A stretch of 64,000 nt of DNA from Octopus vulgaris (GCA_951406725.2 OX597815.1:147994001-148058000), one strand, 5' to 3'. Positions 37,651-52,632 are shown, counted from the first letter of the stretch. Notes: generated from the sequence alone by a model not told the origin. A program made the numbers and translations.

Positions 37651-40400
37651 TATATCTAAAGAATAACACCCTCATACACACACGCGTACACACGAAGATA
37701 TACATACGTAAATCGTATTGAGCAAGATTAGTGGTAAACAGACTTATAATCTTTTCTATTCTTTCCTATCGTATTTTATGGAACGCTTGGCTTTTTTAAA
37801 CTTGCTTATGTTCATATTGGATACGATTTCATTGGGGAAAGCAAAAGAGCAGTGAAAAAAAACTGGTTAACATTTTTTGTGTTGCGAAATATTGGATTAC
37901 TCTTAACTCTGACAACATGATATATATCGAAATAAATTCTATTCGATCAATTCTTCACATCAACGATCAAACAAAAATTGTGATCGATTAAAAACCTCAG
38001 ACACATGCAAAATCATCTCATTTAAAAATCAAAGCTTTAGCTTCAAATTTATTTGATTGAAATGCAGATTTTAACTGGGCACTCACTGACAAATAAACAG
38101 AACTTGCACATATAATTTTTGCTGTTGCTCTTTACTAAAATCCACTATGATTGATGTGCACAAGAAATATACTGTACAAAAGCCAAACAATTTTATAATA
38201 TGAAACGGTAAATTTTGCACCCTTAGCTTCATTTCATTAAATTCCATATATATATGTGTGTGTGTGTGTGTATACACACATATGCTCGTCAAAAATGTTA
38301 CATTCTTTATTATATTTAAACTTTTTCATGTTCTTGGTACAGTAAGTCTGATTTATAGTCAAGGGAATTGTGTTTAATTTTATATTTCATGGTATTTCTT
38401 TAATGTTTGAAATATCTAATTTGCATATTAGAAGCATATTATGTACTTCGGTCTTTTCGATATAGTGCTTCATTTTTCACCACTTGTCATTCTAAATGAA
38501 ACAATACATAGAGGCAGTCACGTTGACCAGAATTTTCAAATAACTTTTCAAGAAAGCCCGTTTATTGCTTTTGCTGAAAAATTATATAAATATTGTATAT
38601 TGTATATACGCTTTAGACATATCTTCAAAGAAACTTAGTAATTTAGTATCCTAGTTCTAATGCGGGCAATGGATAAAACGTGCCTAAATAACACTGTTCT
38701 GTATGTAATATTCTGAAATCTATACAAACAAAGCATGTGCTCAAAATATGAATGAAACTGTAAATTATAACTATTTGCAAAATTAAACAATCCTTTAGTT
38801 AAATTCCATCTAAATGTCGCCGATGTAACGGTTGTGTTGCTGTCAATGAGTTTAAACTCAATTAAGACGGAATGTTTCGTAGAGTATAATTAAGGCGTCT
38901 TCTATTATTTGGGGTACTCGACTGACTCGCGGAATTAGGTGAATATTCTCTCGTTTTCATAAATGCATAAATAAGAAAATGTTTGGATCAGTAGTCACTC
39001 AAAGAACTTTGTAATCCGACAGAAAATGTGTCGAGTTCTCATTTTTTTGTGAAGTCATATCCTTCTAGTTGTCTGTCGTTTACTATAAGATTTGAAGGTG
39101 GCTGATTTTCTAAGTAATGGCAAATAACATAACAACGATTTAATAATACACAAGTTTAAATTTCCCTTTCAAATTAAAGGGCATATCGACAAGCTTTATT
39201 TTATAGACAGTGTTGTGCAGTGGTAGCAGTAGATTATTAAGTACATCTCTGTCTTCTAGTAAATAGGGTGGATTTTGCACACATCAAAAGATTTTATGAT
39301 TTCGAAATTAATTGTATCTCAGTTTCATTGTCCTGAATTTGGCTAATTTAATATTTTCTCTATAGATTTTCACAGGATTGCTAGTAATGGTCGGAGATTT
39401 CAGAAAATGATTCTGGAAATGTCTCATACGTTACTGGATATCATCCTGTTTATTTAACAGACAAAAAAAAAACACTTTGTAATACTCCCAATTTCTAAAG
39501 AAGCGAGATGGGAGAAACGTGACCATGTCTGGAAAAGTCATTAGCGGTATTCGGTATTCCGTTCGTCTAGACATCCTCGGTTCCAATTCACCGATGCCCA
39601 CTTTGTTCTTCATCCTTTCAGGGTTGATAGAATACGAATCCGTTGAGCACTGGGGCCGATGGGATCGACTTACCCACTCCCCTGAAATTATTGTTCATGA
39701 ATCAAAATTTGAAGCTAATATTTATCATTTCTGGTCACTGAATTCTTCAACATTCCTCCAGCTAAACAGAAACAATATTTTTCCACTGAGCAAATAAAGC
39801 GACGAATGTTTTATTTAGATATAATTTGTAATCCCGGTTTTTTAAATATCAATGAGTTATTTCCACATTATTGAGTTCAAGGTATATGCTATTAACGTAA
39901 TCACGTTCAAATTTTTACGTTAATTGCATCTTTCAGAATAAGCGAAAGGCAGCTTCATGATTCTACACATTTATACATAAATATTTCTGAACAGTCTTTA
40001 TTGTTTTCTGATGTTTACAAAATTCCATCTTTTTCTACTCTAAGTTTCACAGTCGGTCATTTAATATCTTCGCTCAAAATCATATATCTACACAATATTT
40101 TCGATCGTATATGAGTTTGATTCTCACTTGGTATGATTCTTCAACTCATGTTATGTACACCAGATTGATTGCAGATGCTAGAAGTAAAAGAGCAGCGGGT
40201 ATAGATCTTTTCAAATTCCCACAACACCTATTCAAATTCCCACGAGTAATACTTGGAATTATTGGTGGAATAAACATTCATAAATAAATGCATAATACGT
40301 AAACATACAAATACACGCATACAAACACACTCATGCATATGTGTATGTATATGTATCTACCTGTCTAACTATCACTCTATTTATTTATCTATCTATCTAC

Positions 40401-40455
<55 letters not shown>

Positions 40456-41599
40456 TTTGGATTTGTTCTGCAAGATTCTTTATATGAGTTCATGTGTTGA
40501 AGCACATTCTGTTGTGTCTGGGGAGAGTTATTCTCTTTTAGTTCCTTATTATTTAACACACTCACCGGTAAAATTTCCACTTATTTCGTCATTTTATTTT
40601 CCTAAAATTTTGGTTGCGTCTTGCAACCTTTTTAATAGTCTTGACTCTATCCGTTATTTACACTGCGTTTCCTTTTGTTTGTTTGTGCGTATGTGTGTGG
40701 GTCAGTGTAAGTGTGTGTGTGCCTATACATGCACACATGTACGTATGTATGTGTGTGTGTGTTTGCATGTGTATTTATGTATATATATATGTGTGTATGC
40801 ATATGTATGTATGTATGTATGTGTGTGCATCTGTATGTACGTATCCTGCATATATATATGCTTGCCTGTCTGTGTTTGTGTATTTTCAATGTATGTGTGT
40901 ATGGGCATGTGTTTGTATATGTATGCACCTCTGTCTCCTTGTGTGTGCATATATGTGTGTTTGTATTATGTAACTATGTACCATGTTTGTATGTATGGAT
41001 GTGCATCTTTATATGCGTGGATCCATTTCTCCATATGTGTCTGTTCTTGTAACCTATGTACCTATCCGTCTGTATGTTGATCTGTTTATTTACATATCTA
41101 AATGCTTACATACAGAAATAAAAAAAATAAATAAAAAGTATAAAAAGTAAGAAATAAAAAATATAAGAAAATGTAACAAAAAAATGAACATCTAAGACAA
41201 TATGAGGACAGAAAACAGTCCTCCATACTCTACAAACATGCCAAAGACCACCATGGAGGTATCTTGGGTCAACTTGACATCCGCATCTTATCCAAGCACC
41301 CAAAAAACCCAACACTCAGACAAATACGGGAGTACGTCTTTATAAATGAAACTTCCCCAATATTAAATTGGAAATATACACAATAAATACCATACCTTCA
41401 TACCCACAGTTTACACAGGTAGAGTAGAATAGTTAGTGGACTGTTAGGTAGATAAATGTATGTATGTATGTATGTATGTATGTATGTATGTATGTATGTA
41501 TGTATGTATGTATGTGGGTGTGTGTATGCCTTTTTTTTAATCATCATTATTTTTTTTTGTTATATTTTCTTACATTTTTCCTTCTTTTTTCTATAAAAT

Positions 41600-41910
41600 T
41601 GCATGATCCCGCTTACCCACACAGCCTATTCACCCGATCCTGTTCCTTGCGACGTTTTGTTTCCTCCGAATGAGAAAAGTCCTGAAAGGAAAATGCTTTG
41701 CAGATGTGGAAGATGTAAAGAAAGACGACGGTGACGTTAAAAGGCATAACCCTTCACTAGAGTTCCAACAACGGAATGCGTCTAATGCGTCTAGACTGAC
41801 GCATTACTTCTAATGGAGAATACTTTGAAGGCGACAAATGTGTAAACATGTAAAACTAAGTGAATGAAATAGTATAGCCAAATTCCGCTTTCTTTTGGAT
41901 ATCCCTTCGT
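41600..41910 (+). mobile_element. Mariner 3' fragment with terminal inverted repeat
   Basis: AYSPDPVPCD (YSPDL motif). Terminus AAATTCCGCTTTCTTTTGGATATCCCTTCGT resembles the reverse complement of the 56808-56840 end. Confidence 0.75.
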
Positions 41911-41929
41911 TTATGTGTATGTGTGTATT

Positions 41930-42325
41930 CTCTTCAACTTGTTTCACTCGTTTGACTGCAGCCATGCTGGAGCAACGCCTTTAGTCGAGCAAATCGACCC
42001 CAGGACTTATACTTTGGAAGCCTAGTGCTTATTATATCGCTCTCTTTTGCCGAACCACTAAGCTACGGGGACGTAAACACACCACCATCGTTTGTCAAGT
42101 GATGTTGGCGGTCAAACACAGACACACAAACATATACACAGACATACATATATATATATATGTATATATACGATGGGTTTCTTTAAGTTTCCGTCTACCA
42201 AATCCACTCACAAGACTTTGGTCAGCCCGGGGCTATATTAGAAGACACTTGGCGAAGATGCCACGGAGTGGGAATGAACCCGGTACTATATGATTAGTAA
42301 GCAAGCTACTTACCACACAGCCATT
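41930..42325 (-). mobile_element. SINE family A
   Basis: Reverse match to 62277-62686. Confidence 0.85.
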
Positions 42326-42346
42326 CATGTATGTATGTATGTATGC

Positions 42347-42435
<89 letters not shown>

Positions 42436-42705
42436 CGCCTGTGTGCCTGTGTATGTAGTATATTCCGCAAAGTCCCAAATTTTATTGAATTTGCTGTGCG
42501 GGAGCAACTGTTATATCGAAAGCGTATATTGTTAAATGCTCGAAATAGGAAACTACAAACACAGCCAACCACTGATGAAGTTTTCTTCTTTATGTTCTTT
42601 GTTTTGTTTACCCTTTATGTCTTTCGTTGTTCGAAAGAATAGTTCATGTTCCATCTATTCGTGCTTCGTATTTTATTGTTGTACACGTTTCGTGACGTCC
42701 CGTGC

Positions 42706-42750
<45 letters not shown>

Positions 42751-42849
42751 CGTACGTATAGATGTAGGTATATACATATAAGTGTCTATATATACATAAA
42801 TATATATGTGTGTGTGTGTAGTGACATATGGATGTATGTGCATGTATGC

Positions 42850-42896
<47 letters not shown>

Positions 42897-45289
42897 ATAC
42901 CTATTCAACTAAATAGTGTGAGAAACTCATGAATATAAATGTGTTTACATACCATTGACATACGAGTGTCAACATCTCCCATGATATACAATACACCATA
43001 TTGCAAAATATGTGTAACGAAATACATAAAGATGTATTTCTTATCACTATTGAATAAAATTTTGCTAAAATTCCGTATACTTTTCCTTTTTTTTTCTAGA
43101 ATATTCATGTGTATGTATAAAAGAATTAAAAAACAGCTTACAACTATAAAATGAATACCTCCCAATGGAGTAACCATATTCACATTTTATGAATATCTTA
43201 TTTCAAAATATTTAAAATCTTATTTCTATACTTTACTTGGCATGAAGCATAATAAACCGGTAAGTAAATGATGGTTATATAGACAAACTGTCTCCTAATC
43301 AATAATTATGTGTAGCTTATTTGAAATTATTCAGATATGTTGAAGAAACTTGCTTTGGCCTTTACCCAACCTGGATTAGTTTTGTAAGTTCATTCTTGCA
43401 AACAGTCAATATGCTGTTCTATTAATATTTACATATACATTACCGCAAGTTAAATGCAAATACTCAATACACTCAGGTTATGTATGAAACTTGGTGTGTA
43501 TTTTATTTTATATGCGTCCCAAACTGTTGAACCTGAAACACTTCGGTGGATTGTCTAAAACAATTAACATCCAGCTGCTTTGAAAATAAAATCAATCCGT
43601 TTCTCCTCTTGACGCTGTCACTAAAAATAGAGAATGATATGAAAAATATATTCCATTAAGAGACGAGCTTTAGGACATATCTATTGTGATTTTCTATCCG
43701 TTAACACTTTGTTTAATATTTGCAAACTGATAAATATTGATAAGGATTGGCAGGTATATTGCTGAAAATTCCATTCTCAATTTCAAAAGAAAAAGTAAAA
43801 GGATAGGTGAAAAAGTAACCACCAGTGTGCGCAAGTTGAAAATAATGGTGAAGACAGTGACACACAACGATGTATATTTCGGTTAGTTTTTAACATATTC
43901 CTATTCTTCAATACTGGTGTGAATGTTGATTTTTATCATTTTACGGTAGCGAAAATTTTTCCAAAACTATCTTCGAAAACATATATTCTTTAATCTGTGG
44001 CTTTTTTCAGAATTGTCTGCAAGAAAACTTATCGTTCGTTATATCTAATTTCTTAATGTGTCCAAAACTGTCAAACGTCTTTAATCGTAACCTGGATTCT
44101 TTGCATATTTACTAAAACTGAAAGTTGCTTCTTCCGAATAAATCCGCTTCAAATAAACATTGTTATCCCAGATTAATTTAGTATAGCATGGCAAACGTAT
44201 GATGGAATGCGTTTACTTCCCCTTATTCATTTAACTATGAAGTCAATTATATAATTTTATGTTACATACGGTAACTACATTTTACACAGCTATAGTCCAA
44301 CAGCGGCAGGTACCGACGCGGGTCCTCACCAAACTTGCACAGGTTGCTAATACTATTGTAATCATTTAGTTGCTTAGCAGCTTCATAACATATGAATGTC
44401 GAATTAATTATACATGTTTTAGATGTGCGCTTGTATATATGAGTCTCAAATTTGCTCGCGTGTTCTGTGCAATGGGTGCATATAACGCAATTATAATTGT
44501 TTCCGTTACCTAACAAATCAACTTACACTATGTTTTGAGAAGGAAACGAGTGAAGATGATATATACAAGGTCTTCATAACAGAAAAAATTTCACCACATT
44601 TGAGGCTTAAGAGATACTTATAAAATAAAGACATTTCCTAATGATAATTAATGAAAGACATTCGGATTGTTGACAATATTTGCAAAATATGGATCTTCTA
44701 AATTAGAAATGTTATAATCATTTAGATGAACAGAGAAATCTCAAAGAATCGAATAAACTTCATAAACCTCTCGTTATGAGAAGAAATTATCATGAACAAA
44801 CCACTCTAGATCATTGCATAAACTATTGAATTAAGCATATTTTTCTGTAATTAGATACACTTCATATTCTTTTCTACTCTAGGCACAAGCCCCGAAATTT
44901 TGGGGGTGGGGGCAGTTGATTAGATTGACCCAGTACGCACCTAGTACTTACTTAATCGACCACGAAAGAATGAAAAGCAAAGTCAACCTCGATGGAATTT
45001 GAAGTCAGAACAATATCTACTTCATATCGAAAATATATTTCACATAACTTCTCTGCTTAAACTTGATTCCGGTATATGACAATTTATTGAACGTTAAACA
45101 AAAACTATGGTTTTGGACAGTATAAGGAATTTAAATACATATTTCAGAATGTGTTTCTCGATTTTTCACAGGTGATTTTTGGCAACATCACCATAATATA
45201 TCATTAATTTGATAAGCTTTCTCTCTAGTCTTTGCTGATTTCTTTATTCTTTGTTTTTATAGTCTATGTATATAACATAAAGATCAAAT

Positions 45290-46190
45290 CTGTATTCGAT
45301 ATTTTACCCCTTTCATAACGAGTAGTGAAAAATAGCAAAAATTACCTCAGTTCACGGGCAGCGACGAAAGGAATTCATCACGTGGAAGACGAGGTATTAT
45401 CCATGAACATGAGACACAAAACTGGTTCGGACGTTTCAAGGAACGTGACACCAGCCTTGAAGACAACCCAAGGTCAGAGAAAATTTCTGTTACTTCTATT
45501 GGGTGAACAACGGTCAAGCACAAGCACTCACACGTTGTTGTCAGAACTTGTTCTTTCACGCAGCACCATAACTAGAAAACTGCATATGTTCGAACTTGTG
45601 AAAAGACACTGTCGAGAAGTTCCTTATGAACTGACCAATGATCAAGTTTCAATGACGTGTAAACATTTGCAAACAACTGGTGGCATATTCTCAAGGTGAC
45701 CGTTTTGGACGTCGAATTGTAACTGAGAAATACATTTGATTCGTTAATGCTTATGAGAAAATCAGCAGCTTCGAACCGACCGGGCTTCAGATCATGTTGG
45801 AAAAAATATTCATGTCCGTTTGATAAAATTTAGAGGGGAGTTTCGCCCTTTGAACTTGGCTCCAATATGCCAGCTGTAAACGTTAACGTTAGGATCATGA
45901 GGAACACGAACGGCATGAGGAACATGAGCGGCTGGAAATGCTGCCTCATGCTGCCCTTTCCGAGTCACGAGTGATTTGCTGTACGGATGCAGTGCCAAGG
46001 ATACGGATGAGGTAGATATAGGGAACAGGGAGCTTTTGAGTTTAAAGCATAAACTTGAAATTCTGGCTCAATGATTGCAATTGATGATGGAATATGATGG
46101 AATATATTTTAAGTAATAAACACTTTTCTTATGTTATCTGTTTCAACTGTTAACGAAACTATGAAATACGGATATAAATTTTGACTCGAG
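45290..46190 (+). mobile_element. Highly degenerate mariner remnant
   Basis: ..STITRKLHMFELVKRHCREVPYELTNDQ resembles the WVPHEL region; frameshifted HTH upstream. Confidence 0.6.
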
Positions 46191-46332
46191 CTGGTAGTTT
46201 TGTTCTTGCAAATCTATGTAAGACGCTATCTTGTTGATTTTTAAAAGTGATATTGGTATCTGGATCATATCTTCATGGAAAAAACTAAATGAAATAATGC
46301 GTATTCATGTGGCATGTTATAGTTCTTTCAAC

Positions 46333-46640
46333 TATAAGTTTGTTCCTTCTCGAGCCACGACTGGCTCATAAGGGCCGGCTTCCCGGTTTCCTTGGCGTAT
46401 AAGTTGCCCACCTGGACGGGACGCCGGTCCATCACAGGTGAGCTGCAAGATGCAGGAGGAAAGAGTGTGAGAAAGTTGTGGCGAAAGTGTCATCAGAAGT
46501 TCGCCATTACCTTCTGCCGGAGCTGCGTGGAACTTAGGTGTTTCGCTCATAAACGCACACATCACCCATTCTGAGATTCGAACCCGCGATTCATCGACTG
46601 CGAGTCCACTGCTCTAACCACTAGGCCATGTGCCTCCACT
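46333..46640 (-). mobile_element. tRNA-derived SINE family D (related to 59110-59290)
   Basis: Reverse strand gives TGGCCTAGTGGTTAGAGCAG..GGTTCGAATCTC A/B boxes. Confidence 0.75.
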
Positions 46641-47724
46641 TCTACTATAAGTAAAAGCTGGAAATTTGGCGCGAGGGGCTTTGACGATTACACCGACCCC
46701 AGTACTCACTTGCTTCTTTATTGACCTTGAAAAGAAAAGAAAAGTCGATCTTGGAGGCACTGGAAATCACAGCGGAAATACGAAACAATTACCGCGAAGC
46801 ATTTTATGCGACACAGTAGTGATTCTATCAGTTCGCCGCTTTAAAGTATGTTATAATGAAATACACTTCAGTTTTGTATAAGTGATAAATTAATGTGAAT
46901 ATATGTTATTCATAAATTTTATGAGAATAATGATTTTAAATTTTGGAACAAATCCAGTAGCTTTGGGGAATGTGGTAAGTCGACTATATCGACCCCATTG
47001 TTTAAGTGGTACTTCAATTATCGACGCTTAAATGATGATTGTTAAAGTCGACCCCAGCAAAATTTGAACTTAGAACGTAGAGACGGACGAAATGCCGCTA
47101 AGCATTTTGCCCAGCGTGCTAACGACTCTTTATATTTTGTGTGAATAATAGCCATGATAATTGTGATAGATATTCGAGAACAGAAAATGTATAAGTAATT
47201 ATAAATATCGATATACTTACATTCAGTTCCTATCATTTAATCGAGAGAAAATTGACCGTAAGTTACATTATTTGCTCTTTTTATGGTTCCTTGAGATTAT
47301 TCTAATTCACTTCTATATATCTAAATGTGCCTCTGTATTTTACTCTAAAATATGATTTAAATTTACGTAATATTCATTGACAAGAATTAATCACAAAATT
47401 TACTTGACCGAAATGTTAGTAGATTTGTATGTGTACAAATCTGCTTCTATATAAATATTAAGTACCCAAGAGCTTTATGTAGCAAATGCTGTTAGCATAT
47501 GCCGAATTCTATGTGAATATATTGATGCATATTTAGTATATACATTTAGAAGAAACACGTTGAAGTGAAACATTGCTTGAAGAAAGTAAGTTTATGGATC
47601 TGAATATATAAAATTTTTAAAAATTACGCTTCATTGTCTGTCGAATTTATTCAGTATATTTTATTCAAAGAAACACAAAATACTATTCTTTTTAAGATTA
47701 GTATTATTCAATTATAAAATTATG

Positions 47725-50700
47725 CACCTTATTTACATTTCACGGATATTTGTCCTCATCCTTATTGTTAACACAACGTTTCGGCTGATATACCCTCCAG
47801 CATTCCTCAGATGTCTTGGGGGAAATTTCGAACCTGGGTTCTCATTCCTATGGTATCTTTCGATGTTATTATTATTATTATTATTATTATAATTATTATT
47901 ATACGGTAGTATATTTTTTATATCGTGCTTTCACTTCACTACTGAGCGCAGCTTTGTTTGCCTTGGGTATCTGCTGTGATTTGTTGTGATGCTCTGATGG
48001 TTATTGTATGGAAAGTGTTCTGCGTAGGATGTGTGCAGTGCCTAGTAGTGCAAATTTCTGTATGTTACATGTGTTTGTAAGTCCTGGTATTTTTGTTATG
48101 TATTTGTCTGAATATTTTTTATCATGCCTAATGCACCTATTATGATAGGAATTGTTTCTGTGTTTAGATTCCACATTCTGTTTACCTCTATTTCCAGGTC
48201 TTTGTATTTTGAAAGTTTCTCCATTTCTTTTAGAGACACGTTGTCATCCGCTGGTATTGATACATTAATTAGAAAACAGCTTTGTTCTTCATGATCTCTG
48301 ACAACTATATCTGGTCTATTGGCCTTAATTTCTCTATCTGTGCGTATTAGCATATCCCAGAGTATGGTTGCTTTCTCGTTTTATGTGACCTTTTCTGGTG
48401 TGTGCCTATACCATCTTTTTTCTGTTGTTATTCCATAATGTTGGCATAGTTTCCAGTGTATGTAGTTTCCAACTCTGTCGTGTCTGTGAATATATTCCTT
48501 CTTAGCCAGGACTGGGCAGCCAGAGATAATATGATTTATTGTTTCTTGTCCATCTCCACATATTCTGCAGTTACTTGTTATATTTCTTTTCATTACATAT
48601 TTTTGGTAATTTCTGGTGGGGAGGCTTTGGTCTTGTGCTGCAATTAAAAATCCTTCTGTCTCTCCTTTGAGTCCTGAGCTTTTCAACCATTGTTGGGATT
48701 TTTCTTTGTCCATTTCTTTTGCGTTTAGTTTAGTCCAGTATTGGCCATGAAGGGGCTTTTCTTGCCATCGTTTTATCATGTTTCGTTGCTGTTCTATTTT
48801 TAGTTTGGATTTCATTTGTTTTATAGCTTTTGTTGTTTCTTCATCATCTTCTATTTCATATTTGTTAGGTGGTATGATTTCTTGTTTGTATTTGTCAGCT
48901 TCCTTAAATACTGAGAACAGTTTTTTGTTTTGCTCGTGTTTTGCCACTATTTGTATCAATTTTCCTTCCTTCTGAAGTAGATAATTTTGCAGTTCTATGG
49001 TGGTTATTTTATAGTAGATTTCCAGCTGTATAAGACCTCTACCACCATCTATACGTTGTATATATTACCTTTATATGTCAGATTTTGGGTGATGCATCCT
49101 AGATCCTGTCATTATTTTTCTTGTTTTCCTATCTATTTTGGTCAGTTCATTTAGTGTCCAGTTAAGGATTTTGGAGCTGTAACTTATAACAGGGACGGCT
49201 TAAGTGTTGATACCTATTATCTTGTATTTAGCATTGAGCTCTGTTTTTAGTATTGATCTAACTCGTCTATAATATTCTTTTTTTATTTTCTCTTCCATTT
49301 GTGTGTGTTTTGTCTTATCTAGTTCATTGATTTCTAAGTATTTGTTAGTTTGGCTTTGGTCTAATTCTTTTATTTCATTGGTTTATCTAGTATGATGTTG
49401 CTACTCTTAACTAGTTTTCCTCTTTTCAGTGTTACTTTGGCGCATTTCTCTAATCCAAATTTCATATCTATTTCTTTAGTATATCCATGAACTGTTTTTA
49501 GTAGTGTTTCCAGCTGTTTGTCATTTGTAGCATATAGTTTTAGGTCATCCATATATAAAAGGTGGCTGATCGTTTTGCCGTAACATTTATATCGGCATAC
49601 AGTTCTGTTTAGCATATCCGATAGAGGTGACAGTGCCAAACAGAAAAGGAGTGGAGAGAGTGTATCTCCCTGGAATATTCCTCTTCTAATGGGGATGGCT
49701 TTGGTGCTGCAGTGATTTCTATTTTATTTTTGCCAAGTTCTTGGTAGAACTTTTTGGGGTTGGAGTTGAACTGTTTGTTTTGTTCAAAGAAACGTTGGCG
49801 TTTCTCGTACCGGCGGATACTTTGTGCTTTGGCAAGGTTATCTTGCTTTAGCTTTTCTTTTATCTCCGGTAAATCTTTTTCTGTGGTGTTGTATTTGTGG
49901 AGTTTTTTTTGTTTTCTTTTTGTTGCTCAGTAGCGTTGATTGTCTACTGATTTCATTAAGAATCGACGGATCTTTTCTCATTTTTTGTATTTAGTTTTGG
50001 AAGTTATTTATCCAGAGAGTTTGTTTGGGTGGTGGTACTCCTGTTTGGTTGGGTTTGAGTGAGTATCCAGCTTCTTTTGTGGCTGCAGTGGCTGCTGCGT
50101 ATACTAAGTCATTTAGCTCAGTGATATCGCTTTTTGTTTCAGTGGCTATTATTTGCCTGACGGCAAGGTTTATTTTGTTTATAATTGATGTTGTTGTTTT
50201 GTCTATTTTGATTTTTGGGAGGTATGGTCGGTGGTCCATTTCGAGCTCTGTGGTTTTCAGTTCTTTGATTATTCTACTTTTTATAGTTTCATAATCATTA
50301 GGCTCCTCTTCGTTGCTTCCAAGTTTTAGATTTGTGTCGCTTTCTTTCTTATCCGTATGTTTGTTTGTCGTTACATCGTTTTTGTTGGAAATGTTACGTT
50401 TGTCTTCGTGTTTTACAGTTTCAGTGTTTGTATTATTTGGCATTGTTGTGTGGCTTCTATCTACATTTTCCTGATGTATTTTTTCTTTTAAATGTTCTAT
50501 TTCTATTTGTGATATTTTTTTGAGTTGAGAATATATCTCCGTATATTTGCTAGTTTATTAGGGTTCATTGTTTTATCCAGGTCTTTATTTATGTTATTTT
50601 TCTTCCATATTTTTGTATATGTGTTGTTGTATTTTCATTCTTTGGGTAGAGCACTGCTGTAAAATAGGCGTGTAGGATTGAAATGTATTCCTCACGTGTC

Positions 50701-51392
50701 CATTTATGTCTTTTGAGTTTTATTTGCGTGACATGAGGAACAACGTCCGGCCCATTATTTTGACGGTCGTCATTTTCGTAGGGTACCGGTCCGTTCATTT
50801 ATGTTGTCACATTGTTTTGCACGTGTAGTTTTTCGTACATTTTATGTTGTAAGTTTACAGTACGTACTTCCCGATTGTTATTCTTGGGTTGAATATTACC
50901 GGTATTATTTAATTTATTCGTAGTTTTTTTTTACATGGTGTTTGGGGCCGGAGATGATCTGGTGTTGATGGATCGTATTGTATCAAGCATGTTTACATGT
51001 GTTGTGTTAGAGGTGGAGATAATATCGAGATAAAATACATAATTTCGTTTTGAAAATAGTAATACATTTCAATGAGTATTACTTACTCGGATATAGTTCG
51101 ATCATTTGTCAGTTATTCTTTAGCTCCATGCGATGTCTTTGTTTCCGATGTTTTTGGATAGATTTAGGATCACTGTTTTATCGCTCTCACTTGTTTAACG
51201 TCCCCGTTGTATTCTTATTATTATTCAGGTCATTGCTGGAATCGAACTCGAAATCTTGGTGTTAGTAGCCCGCGCTCTTAACCACTACGACATATGCCTG
51301 TCGACATATGAAGGCTGGATGTTATGTCATCCGAAACGTTGTGTTAACAACAAAGAAGGTGAGGACAAATATCCATCAAGTGTAAATAATGG
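47725..51392. mobile_element. Second head-to-head SINE H pair; left arm interrupted by a Dong LINE; right arm internally deleted
   Basis: - tail 47725-47900 (hammerhead 47770-47815, CTGAGGA core), - head 51226-51295, + tail remnant 51307-51392. Confidence 0.8.
47904..51209 (-). mobile_element. R4/Dong LINE retaining its 5' region, with an internal deletion near 49705; degenerate ORF
   Basis: 3' ~1.8 kb closely matches 7888-9695. N-terminal ORF pieces 49991-50443 and 50589-50798 (KWTREEYISILHAYF). AAT repeats on both sides. Confidence 0.9.
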
Positions 51393-51844
51393 AAATAAAA
51401 AGCACAAAATGTTCTTTATAACAATGCTGATGTAAACAATGAATACAAAACATAGTTTTCAATAAAAATGAGATATATACCTTATTTCCTAAATCATTCT
51501 TTCAATTTTCCCAAGAGTTACGTCGTCCTACAAATTTTAATATTAGCGAAAACCAACAAACGTAAGTCAATTGTCTTTCTTTTAATTTGGTAGAGGATTT
51601 CAATAATATTTAGAATGTCTTCATCAAATATTTTCAAATATATCTAGCTTTAAATCTATCTCCATAGCAGTGCATCTATGTTCCCTAGTTCCAAATATAA
51701 GACTAATTTCATCATTGTTCTATACAGTGTGTGCCGTTATATGTTAACTTGAACGATAGTCCTAGATGTTTGGGAATGCCACGTCAGTCCTCAATGAGTT
51801 CATCATTAGTAAAAGCATTTACGTATCAAACATTACTTTTTTTG

Positions 51845-52038
51845 AATTTTTACTTTTACTTGTTTCAGTTTTTTGTCTGCGGCGAAGCTGTAGCTCCGCC
51901 TTTAGTCGGGCAAATCGACCCCAGGATTTATACTTTAGAAGTCTAGTACTTTGGCCGAACCGCTAAGTTTCGGGGACGTAAATAGACCACCATCGGTTGT
52001 CAATCGATGTTGGTGAGACAAACACAGACACACAAATG

Positions 52039-52116
<78 letters not shown>

Positions 52117-52235
52117 CGACGGGCTTCTTTCAGTTTCCGCCTACCAAATCCACTCACAAGGCTTTGGTCGGCCCGAGGCTATGGTAGAAGACACTTGCCC
52201 AAGGTCCCATGCGGTGCGAATAAACCCGGAACCAT
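51845..52235 (-). mobile_element. SINE family A
   Basis: Reverse match to 62277-62686. Confidence 0.8.
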
Positions 52236-52419
52236 AATTCAAACACAGTTAACATTTCATCGCGCTTTCATATATTTTACAGATATTTACTACATCAGCA
52301 GCAGATATCATGCATGCATTCGAAGTTTAAGTATATTTGAAATGAAATGTAGAAATTCGAAATAATAGGCCAAGGAAAATATGTAAAATATCTCAACGAC
52401 TATTTTATGTATTTTGGTT

Positions 52420-52632
52420 TCGAATTTTGAAAACAAGCCAGCAATTTTTGCAGGGATAGGATAAGTCGATTGTGTCGACCACAGTGATTCACTGGTACTT
52501 ATATTATCGCCACTCGAAAGGATGAAATAGAACATTCACTCCTGCGGAACTTGAACTCGGAACGTAAAGATTGGCGAAATGCCGCTAAGCATTTTGTCCG
52601 GAGTGATAATGATTCCGTTAGCTCGCCACCTT
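52420..52632 (-). mobile_element. SINE family B (further diverged copies at ~18480, 36380, 39520, 44865, 46650, 46935, 55420)
   Basis: Reverse-strand head (AGCTCGCCACCTT) and core. Confidence 0.7.
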
